NCBI GenBank assembly: GCA_048320885.1
Contig: JBLWFJ010000001.1
Location: forward strand, 1,413,642 to 1,477,641
Direction of reading: 5' to 3'
Source of the DNA: Nannocystaceae bacterium ST9
GTDB lineage: Bacteria > Myxococcota_A > Polyangia > Nannocystales > Nannocystaceae
DNA: 64,000 nt
A model generated the notes under the pieces. The model made no database searches. It worked only from the letters and a program-made list of their open reading frames with translations, and had not been told where the DNA came from. Position 1 is the first letter of the stretch; the number at the start of each line of letters is the position of its first letter. The position numbers and the translations under genes are program-made. Positions 1-7,257 of this stretch are shown one piece after another.

Positions 1-1091
1 ACCAGGGCGCGGCCGAAGGGCCGCGACTCGATCGCCAGCAGCACGTCGCGAACCAGGATCGATCCGCCCGCGTGCAGCAGCGCGTCGCCGGTCGACATCG
101 AGGCCGCGAGCACTGCGAAGGCCACGAACGCGAACAGCCACGGGTGCCCGGGCTCGCCCTCGAGCAGGTTGACCAGCCAGAGCAGCACGCCGTCGTCGGC
201 CGGGCCGCCGGCCAGCACCGCGACGTAGCCGAGGAAGAGCAGCGGCAGCAGGAAGAACAGGAAGGTCGGATAGAACACGACCGTCTGCTGAACCAGCCGG
301 GCGCTGCGGGCCGTGAAGCACTTCATGAACATGTGCGGCCACATCGAGAAGCCCAGGATCGACATCAGGATCTCCGAGCTGTAGCGCAGCGAGCTGGTCT
401 GCTCGCCGGGGCCGGGCAAGGTCAGGTACTCGGGGTGCTCGGCGACGACCCGATCGAACATGCCGGCGACCGAACCGTAGAGCTTGGTCGGGATCCACAG
501 CCCGAGCACCCACACGACGATCAGCATCGCGACGCCCTGGATCACGTTGGTCCAGCCGACCCCGCGCACGCCCCCGGCCAGCACGTAGATCAGCACGACC
601 GCGTAGACGATCGCCGCGCCGACCAGCGGCGACCAGCCGGTGATCGCCTCCATGACCACGCCCGCGCCCTTGAGCTGAATGACCAGGTAGGGCACGAACG
701 CGACGACCGTGGCCGCGCCCATCATCACGCTGATCGCCGGGCTCTCGAAGCGGGCGGCGAAGAGCTCGGCCTGGGTGACGAAGCCCTCGCGCGCGCCGAT
801 CCGCCGGACCCGCGCGCCGAAGAAGAAGAGCGGGACCAGCCCGACCGAGCCGTAGGCGAGGATGTAGAACGCGTCGGAGCCCTTGGCCATCACCCGCTGC
901 GGCGTGCCGAGCAGGGCGTAGGCCGAGAAGATCGTCGCGCCGATCACGAAGTACATGACCAGCGGGCCGAACGAGCGCTCGCCGGCCACGAAGTCGTTGG
1001 TGTCGCCCTTGCCGACCCGCCCGGCGAGTACGCCGACCAGCAGCGTGACCGCGAGGTAGCCGAACACGACCGCGGTCGCGAGCTCGTTCAA
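1..1091 (-). CDS. Sodium:solute symporter (SSS family), partial; C-terminus lies beyond the window start
   Basis: Reverse-strand translation from a TTG at 1091 (GGAG about 8 nt upstream) gives a multi-TM protein with strong SSS-family similarity (LNELATAVVFGYLAVTLLVG...GERSFGPLVMYFVIGATIFSAYALLG...). The plus-strand ORF 72..1142 is its antisense artefact. Confidence 0.8.
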   Translation of the reverse strand, partial: MNELATAVVFGYLAVTLLVGVLAGRVGKGDTNDFVAGERSFGPLVMYFVIGATIFSAYALLGTPQRVMAKGSDAFYILAYGSVGLVPLFFFGARVRRIGAREGFVTQAELFAARFESPAISVMMGAATVVAFVPYLVIQLKGAGVVMEAITGWSPLVGAAIVYAVVLIYVLAGGVRGVGWTNVIQGVAMLIVVWVLGLWIPTKLYGSVAGMFDRVVAEHPEYLTLPGPGEQTSSLRYSSEILMSILGFSMWPHMFMKCFTARSARLVQQTVVFYPTFLFFLLPLLFLGYVAVLAGGPADDGVLLWLVNLLEGEPGHPWLFAFVAFAVLAASMSTGDALLHAGGSILVRDVLLAIESRPFGRAL

Positions 1092-1333
1092 GAGCCTGCT
1101 CCTTCGTCGTGCTCGCGATCGTCGACCAGGTGCAGCGCGTAGAGCAGCGCGACGGCCAGGAAGTTGGCGATGATCACGATCAGGATCCACGCCAGCGAGA
1201 AGGGCAGGCCGAGGATCCTGGGCTCGATCGAATCGAAGTAGCGCGGGTAGATCGGCCAGACCAGGGTCGCGGTCGCGAGCGCGAACCAGGCCAGCGCCAG
1301 GCGGGTGGCGACGCGGGAGCGATCGGGCGACAT
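1088..1333 (-). CDS. Small membrane protein, DUF4212-like putative small subunit of the adjacent solute:sodium symporter
   Basis: 81-aa C-terminal part of ORF 1088..2266(-), starting at MSPDRS, with two hydrophobic helices. Its stop overlaps the symporter TTG by 2 nt, the usual DUF4212/SSS pairing. Confidence 0.6.
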   Translation of the reverse strand: MSPDRSRVATRLALAWFALATATLVWPIYPRYFDSIEPRILGLPFSLAWILIVIIANFLAVALLYALHLVDDREHDEGAGS

Positions 1334-1338
1334 GCAGG

Positions 1339-2160
1339 CTACCTGGACTTCTTCTTCGCTGCCGGCTTCTTCTTTGCTACCGGCTTCTTCTTTGCTGCCG
1401 CCTTCTTCTTCGCCGCAGGCTTCTTCTTCGCTGCTGCCTTCTTCTTCGCCGCAGGCTTCTTCTTCGCCGCCGGCTTCTTCTTCGCTGCCGCCTTCTTCGC
1501 TGCCGCAGGCTTCTTCTTCGCTGCCGCCTTCTTCTTCGCCGCAGGCTTCTTCTTCGCTGCCGCCTTCTTCGCTGCCGGCTTCTTCGCCGCCACCTTCTTC
1601 TTCGCCACGACCTCCTTCGCGGCCACGTCGATCGCGGGCGGCACCCAGCGCATCGCGACGGCCTCGACGGCGTCGCGCTGCTCCTGCGTCGGGCTCAGCG
1701 GATCCCTCCACCAGGCGTCGAAGGCGGTGGTGCCGAAGCGGTCGCCGACCGCGAGCCCCTCGAGCCAGCGCGGGTCGGTCATGTGCGCGCGCAAGACGAA
1801 GCTGTGCAGGGGATAGTCGCGCTCGGCCTGCGCAGCCGAGAGCCCGCGGCGGCCTTCGTACCAGGCCCGCTCGTCGTCGATGATCCCACGTCGCGCGACG
1901 AACTCGACGCTGGCGACGAACGTGCCGACGTGCTCGCGATGGAACTCCTCGCTCCAGATCGCGACCTCGCCGAGCGCCTCGAGGGCCTGCTGGAGCGGCA
2001 GCTTGCCGCCGTAGGGCATGCCGCTCCACAGCGCGCTCAAGACGAACGAGCGCGAGAACGCGTAGTCGCTGGCTCCTCCGGCGCCGCTCGTTCGACAGAC
2101 CAGCTCGATCGTGTCGCCCTCGATGCCGCAGATCTCGATGTAGTACGTGTCGCTCGACAT
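1339..2160 (-). CDS. Hypothetical protein with C-terminal histone-H1-like Lys/Ala/Pro repeat tail (KKKPAAKKKAAA x ~9)
   Basis: ATG at 2160 (MSSDTYYIEICGIEGD...). A globular N-terminal ~180 aa is followed by about 90 aa of AKKKPAAKKK repeats encoded by the 33-nt tandem DNA repeat at 1342..1610. Confidence 0.6.
   Translation of the reverse strand: MSSDTYYIEICGIEGDTIELVCRTSGAGGASDYAFSRSFVLSALWSGMPYGGKLPLQQALEALGEVAIWSEEFHREHVGTFVASVEFVARRGIIDDERAWYEGRRGLSAAQAERDYPLHSFVLRAHMTDPRWLEGLAVGDRFGTTAFDAWWRDPLSPTQEQRDAVEAVAMRWVPPAIDVAAKEVVAKKKVAAKKPAAKKAAAKKKPAAKKKAAAKKKPAAAKKAAAKKKPAAKKKPAAKKKAAAKKKPAAKKKAAAKKKPVAKKKPAAKKKSR
1342..1610. repeat. Tandem ~33-nt coding repeat (cttcttcttcgctgccgccttcttc...) encoding a KKKPAAKKKAAA tail
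   Basis: Directly visible periodic repetition of ggcttcttcttcgctgccgccttcttc units. Confidence 0.8.
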
Positions 2161-2192
2161 GCGGCCCGACGGTATCACGCGAACTCGGTAGA

Positions 2193-5100
2193 GTGCGGGG
2201 CATGAACGGCATGAACGGCATGACCGTCGACGAGTTGGTCCGACGCCTCGATCGCCTCGACCACACCGAGCGGCTCGCCGAGCTGATCGCCCATGGCCGC
2301 GCCCTCTCGCCGACCGACGCCGAAGCGCTGAGCCGGGCGCTCTTCGCCGGCGACGTGCACCGTCGACTGCTGGCACTTCAGCTCGCCCAGCTGGTCTCGA
2401 CCGGCGCCCGACCGAGCGCGCTGATCTGGCAGGCGCTCGACGATCGCTCGCTCGCGGTCCGCAGCCTGGCCGCCAAGCTGGTCGGCCGCGACGCCGACGC
2501 GGTCCCGATCGCGCTGCTCGATCGGCTCGACGCCGCCTCGCTCTCGGTGTTGTTTCGCCGGGTCGTCCGCCAGGGTCGAGCCGCGATCGCCGAGCCGCTG
2601 GTCGAGGGCCTGATCGCCCGCGAGCGCATGGCCGAGGCTTGCTACCTGCTGCCGGTCTGTCGGGTCGAGGCGATCCTCGGCTGGCTCGACGCGGTCGCCT
2701 GGCCCGAGACGATCTGGATCCGCCTGGCCAAGTACCGCGCCCCCCTGCTGATCGATCGGATCACCGCGGCCTTCGCCGCGACGCCGGAGCGACCCGACCT
2801 GATCTGGCGACGCTTCCACCCGGGCGTGTGGGCCCGGCTGGCCCGACGCGAGCCGGCGACCCTGGCCGCGTGGATCGATCGCCACGCCGACGCCGAGTCG
2901 CTGCCCCACGAGCTGGCCTCCGCGCTGCCCCACCTGGTCCGCTGGTCGCCGACGTGGATCGCCGGCGTGCTCGGAGCTCGCGTCGCCTGGGTCGCGCAGA
3001 TCGGGCTGCCCAAGGGCCTGGCCGCCCGCGCGAGCGAGGTCGACGACGCGACCCTGGCCCCGCTCGTCCGCGGGCTCGCACGCTCGGCCCCGCACCTGCT
3101 CGGCCAGCTGCTCGCGCGCATGCCCTACCCGCGCCGCGCGAGCCTGTTCGCGCTGGCGATCGAGCCGCTCGAGACCGCGAGGATCGAGTGGCCGACCAGC
3201 CTGCTCGCGGTGCTGCCGACGGCGCTGCGCGATCGCGAGGCCGCCCGCATGCTCGCGCTGACCCGAGCCCGCACCGACGCGACCTGGCGGCGCGAGCTGC
3301 TGGGCCTGCGATCGATCGTCGCCGCTCGGCCCGAGCTCGAGCGCGAGGGCCAGTCTGCGCAGGCCAGCGATCGCGCCGAGGCCCACGCCGCGCTGGTTCG
3401 CAGCAGCTGGCGCTCGCGCGCCGGCATGCCCGAGACGCTCGCGTGGCTCAAGCGGATCCGCAACGAGCAAGACCCGGTGCGGCTCGCCGTCATGATCGCG
3501 CTCGCCGAGGCGCCCGGTCACCACTTCGACGATCCCGGCGCGCTCGATCTCGTGGTCGCGCCGATCTTCGACGCCCGCGACACCTCGTACGCCACGCGGC
3601 ACCAGGTCGCCCGGCTCGCGCATCGGCTGATGGTCGCCCGCGCGACCGAGCCGAGCTCGCCGATGTTCGAGTTCGGGATCAGCCTGCTCGAGCGGCTGGC
3701 CGGACAAGCCGGCACGCCCGATCTGCCCAACCTCGAGCGCAACCTCCCGCGCGGCGCCGAGCAGGCGATCGTCGACGCGCTCTTGCCTTGGGCCGAGGCC
3801 GCGGGCGAGCGCCGGCAAGAAGATCACCTGGTCCGGCTGTGGACCTCGCTCGGCAAGCGAGCGTGGAAGGTCGCGGCGCTCGGCGAGCGGATCGCCCACC
3901 TGATCTGGCAGGGCAGCAAGGCCGGCGCGCCCTACCGCGTCGCGCACTGGCTGGCCGATCCTCGCACCCGCGACGCGCGAGTCCGCGAGCTGGTCAAGCG
4001 CGATCGCTCGGCGCTCTACCTGCACCCGGTGTTCGAGCACTGCCACCGTCGCCGCCAGTCCCTGCTCGTCGATCGCTTCGCTACCACGGCCCCGCGCGGC
4101 CGCTTTCACGACGGCAAGGTCGTGCTCATCCCGATCGTCGATCGCGGGTTCGAGCGCTGGCCGAGCGAGCTGCAGCGCCAGTACGTCGAGTTGATCGCGC
4201 TGGCCGAGATCGAGCCCAAGCACTTCTCGCAGACCCGCGCCGCGCTGATCTCGATGCGCGCGCGCGTGCCGATCACGAGGGTCGAGGACTTCGCCGACGC
4301 GCTGGCCTCGAGCGAGGTGCCCGTGCGAGAGGCCGCGCTCGCGGCCCTGGTCTGGACCGACGATCCCGCGCCCGCGCTGGCGATCCTGCTCGATCACCTC
4401 GAGGGCGATCAGGCCAGGGTCGCGATGTATGCGATGCCGCGCCTGGCTCGCCTGATCGCCCGCGACCGCTTCGTCGACGCGCTCGCCGAGCTGCTCGCCC
4501 GGCCCAAGCTCAAGGTCACCGTGCACAAGGAGGCCCTGCGCCTGCTCGGCCAGCTCGCGACTCCCCGAGCGATCGCGCTGCTTCGCCAGACCTGGACGCA
4601 GCCGCTGCATCGCGACGTCCGGATCGCCACGCTGCACGCCGCGCGATCGATCCTCAGCCAGGCCGACGCATGGACGATCCTCGCCGAGGCGGCCCGCGAC
4701 GGCGACGCCGACATCGTCCGCGCCCTCGTCGAGGTCCCGCTGATCACGATCGCCGAGCGCCACCGCGGCCGCTACCTCGAGGTGATGCGAGCGGTCGTCG
4801 ATCATGCCAGCCCGATCGCTCGCGCGGCCCTGTTCGCGACGCTGGTCGGCGGCTGGTCGAGCGTCGATCCACGCGTGGCCGTCGAGATCGCCACCAAGGT
4901 GATCGCCCGCATGGATCCCAGCGATCCTTGGCGAGCGGCCGCGCAGGTGGTGGCCGAGGGCGCGCGCTCGAGCGACGTGCACGCCCGGATCGAAGCGTCG
5001 ATCGCCGAGCTGATCGCGGCCGCCGAGCGAGACGTCGCGCCCGCGGGCGAGCGCGATCGCATCGCGCATCAGCGGCTGGTCGGCGTGATCGAGGGACTCG

Positions 5101-5528
5101 CCAACCAGCGCCACCCGATCGCCACCGTGCTGCTCGAGCGACTCGCCGCCGCGCTGCTGAGTCAGCCACATTGGTGGTGGGCCGGGGCGCGCCTGCGGAT
5201 CGCCGCCGCGAGCAACGAGCGGCTCGCCAGCGTATGCGTCGAGCTGATCCGCGCGGCCCCGAGCGAACGTTCGCGACGCGTGATCGAAGACGCGGCCCGG
5301 GCCGCCGCGCAGCTGGCCCTGCGGGACTGGAGCGCGAGCGAGGCCGAGCAAGCGCTCGCCGACCTGCGCGCGGGCGAGGCCGGGGTCGTGGCGGTCGCGA
5401 TGCTCGCGGTGTTCGGGCCGCGCTGGGGGTGGGGTGCTGGCTGGGTCGCGGAGCTCGGCGAGCTGCGCGAGGATCCGGAGCTCGACGTGCGGCTGGCCGC
5501 GCGGGCGGTGTGGTTGGTGAGTGGGTGA
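2193..5528 (+). CDS. Large alpha-helical HEAT/ARM-like repeat protein (~1100 aa), function unknown
   Basis: Leu/Ala-rich, non-degenerate composition across 1111 aa. A GTG at 2193 is followed by ATGs at 2202, 2211 and 2220 (MNGMNGM), so the true start is uncertain. The opposite-strand and alternative-frame ORFs 2175..5351 and 2639..5548 are R/G/P-rich artefacts. Confidence 0.6.
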   Translation: MRGMNGMNGMTVDELVRRLDRLDHTERLAELIAHGRALSPTDAEALSRALFAGDVHRRLLALQLAQLVSTGARPSALIWQALDDRSLAVRSLAAKLVGRDADAVPIALLDRLDAASLSVLFRRVVRQGRAAIAEPLVEGLIARERMAEACYLLPVCRVEAILGWLDAVAWPETIWIRLAKYRAPLLIDRITAAFAATPERPDLIWRRFHPGVWARLARREPATLAAWIDRHADAESLPHELASALPHLVRWSPTWIAGVLGARVAWVAQIGLPKGLAARASEVDDATLAPLVRGLARSAPHLLGQLLARMPYPRRASLFALAIEPLETARIEWPTSLLAVLPTALRDREAARMLALTRARTDATWRRELLGLRSIVAARPELEREGQSAQASDRAEAHAALVRSSWRSRAGMPETLAWLKRIRNEQDPVRLAVMIALAEAPGHHFDDPGALDLVVAPIFDARDTSYATRHQVARLAHRLMVARATEPSSPMFEFGISLLERLAGQAGTPDLPNLERNLPRGAEQAIVDALLPWAEAAGERRQEDHLVRLWTSLGKRAWKVAALGERIAHLIWQGSKAGAPYRVAHWLADPRTRDARVRELVKRDRSALYLHPVFEHCHRRRQSLLVDRFATTAPRGRFHDGKVVLIPIVDRGFERWPSELQRQYVELIALAEIEPKHFSQTRAALISMRARVPITRVEDFADALASSEVPVREAALAALVWTDDPAPALAILLDHLEGDQARVAMYAMPRLARLIARDRFVDALAELLARPKLKVTVHKEALRLLGQLATPRAIALLRQTWTQPLHRDVRIATLHAARSILSQADAWTILAEAARDGDADIVRALVEVPLITIAERHRGRYLEVMRAVVDHASPIARAALFATLVGGWSSVDPRVAVEIATKVIARMDPSDPWRAAAQVVAEGARSSDVHARIEASIAELIAAAERDVAPAGERDRIAHQRLVGVIEGLANQRHPIATVLLERLAAALLSQPHWWWAGARLRIAAASNERLASVCVELIRAAPSERSRRVIEDAARAAAQLALRDWSASEAEQALADLRAGEAGVVAVAMLAVFGPRWGWGAGWVAELGELREDPELDVRLAARAVWLVSG

Positions 5529-5529
5529 T

Positions 5530-7257
5530 TCAATCGACCAGGGTCTGACGCGCGATCAACTTGCTGAACGCACCGCCGCGAGCGAGCAAGTCGGCGTGCG
5601 TCCCTCGCTCGACGATCCGACCTCGCTCGAGCACCACGATCAGATCGGCGTCGCGGATCGTGCTCAGGCGATGGGCGATCACCAGGGTCGTTCGCCCGCG
5701 CTGGAGGGCGACCAGCGCCGACTGCACGATCGCCTCGCTCTCGGCATCGAGGGCGCTGGTGGCCTCGTCGAGGACGAGGATCTCGGGATCGCGGAGGATC
5801 GCCCGAGCGATCGCCACCCGCTGACGTTGACCACCGCTCAATTGCACGCCCCGTTCGCCGATCGACGTGTCGTATCCCGACTCGAGTTGCGCGGCGAATT
5901 GCTCGACATGGGCAGCGCGGGCGGCGGCCTCGACCTCGTCCTCGCTGGCGTCGAGTCGGCCATAGCGGATGTTCTCGCGGATGCTGCCGGCGAAGAGCAT
6001 CGGCTCTTGAGTCACGACCGCCATCCGGCCGCGGAGCTCGGCCACTCGCAGTGACCGAAGATCCACGCCGTCGATCGTGACACGACCCGCGCAAGGATCA
6101 TGGAGGCGAAGCAACAGGCGCGCGAGCGTGGACTTGCCGGCCCCGCTCGTCCCGACCAGCGCGCACGTCCGACCAGCGGGTATGTCGAGATCGATCCCAT
6201 CGAGCACTCGCTCTCCCCGGCCCGGATAGCGAAAATCGACCGATTCGAACTTCACCGCCCCGCGAATCGAGCCGAGCTGACGAGGATTCGGAGAATCCCG
6301 AATCTCGGCGCGAGCATCGAGCAGTTCGAATATTCGGGTCGTCGCGCCGCTCGCGGCTTGGAGATTGGTCCAGAGCCCCGCCAAGCCCTCGACCGCGCCG
6401 GCGACCAGCATCGTATAGAGCATGAATTCGGTCAGCTCGCCCGGGCTGATTCGACCGGCGATGACCATGCGCCCGCCCATGTAGAAGATCACGGCGACCG
6501 CCGTCAGGCTGGCGAACGACGAGAGCGACAGAAACCATCCACCCGCGGCGATGCGTCGACGCGCGAGCGCGAGCCCACGCGCGAGCGCTTCGGAGTACCT
6601 CCCCAGCTCGTACGATTCACGTGTGAACGCCTGAACGGTCTCGATCCCGACGATGCCCTGCTGCATCTCGGCGTTCGCCTCGGCCAGCGCATCTTGGCCA
6701 GCCCGCGCCAATCGACGAATGGCCCGACCACACAGATTCGTCACCACAATGAGCGGTGGGACCAGGGCCAACATCATCGCGGTCAGCGACGGATTTCGAT
6801 GAATCAGAATCGCCACGCCACCGAGCAGCGCCAGCGAATGGCGGGCGGCGAGCGAGAGATCACCGGACACCGCCCGATGCAGGCGCGCGACGTCGTCGGT
6901 CACGCGCGACATCAGCTCGCCGGTCCGGCGTCGGTGAAAGAAGCCGGGGGAGAGGCTCAACAGCCGCGAATAGACCGCGACTCGAAGATCCGCGACCACG
7001 CGCTCGCCGATCCACGCGACCTGCGAGTGGCGCAGGAACGAGAACAGGGCCTGGACGGCGAACAGCCCGATCAGGGTCAGCGTGATTCGCCCGAGCAACT
7101 CGGCATCCTGCGCGCCGAAGGCAGAATCGATGATCGCCCCGAAATAGTAGGGGTGAAGCAGCCCGATCCCGCTGGCGATGATCAGGAAGACGAACGCCGC
7201 GAACATGCGACGCCGGTAAGGCCAAGCCAGACCGAGCAGCCGCCGACCCTCATTCAC
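5530..7257 (-). CDS. ABC transporter, fused permease/ATP-binding exporter (MsbA-like, no peptidase domain)
   Basis: Six-TM N-terminal half, then Walker A GTSGAGKST, signature LSGGQRQRVAIARA and Walker B ILVLDEATSALD. The GTG start overlaps the stop of the upstream PDZ-protein gene (GTGA). Confidence 0.9.
   Translation of the reverse strand: MNEGRRLLGLAWPYRRRMFAAFVFLIIASGIGLLHPYYFGAIIDSAFGAQDAELLGRITLTLIGLFAVQALFSFLRHSQVAWIGERVVADLRVAVYSRLLSLSPGFFHRRRTGELMSRVTDDVARLHRAVSGDLSLAARHSLALLGGVAILIHRNPSLTAMMLALVPPLIVVTNLCGRAIRRLARAGQDALAEANAEMQQGIVGIETVQAFTRESYELGRYSEALARGLALARRRIAAGGWFLSLSSFASLTAVAVIFYMGGRMVIAGRISPGELTEFMLYTMLVAGAVEGLAGLWTNLQAASGATTRIFELLDARAEIRDSPNPRQLGSIRGAVKFESVDFRYPGRGERVLDGIDLDIPAGRTCALVGTSGAGKSTLARLLLRLHDPCAGRVTIDGVDLRSLRVAELRGRMAVVTQEPMLFAGSIRENIRYGRLDASEDEVEAAARAAHVEQFAAQLESGYDTSIGERGVQLSGGQRQRVAIARAILRDPEILVLDEATSALDAESEAIVQSALVALQRGRTTLVIAHRLSTIRDADLIVVLERGRIVERGTHADLLARGGAFSKLIARQTLVD

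Noticed and set aside
72-1142. 356-aa plus-strand ORF
   Set aside because: Antisense of the clearly recognisable SSS symporter on the minus strand. The translation is R/E/Q/H-rich junk.
2175-5548. 1058-aa minus ORF and 969-aa plus alternative-frame ORF overlapping the HEAT-repeat gene
   Set aside because: Both are Arg/Gly/Pro/Asp-rich. The 2193..5528 frame has balanced, helical-protein composition.
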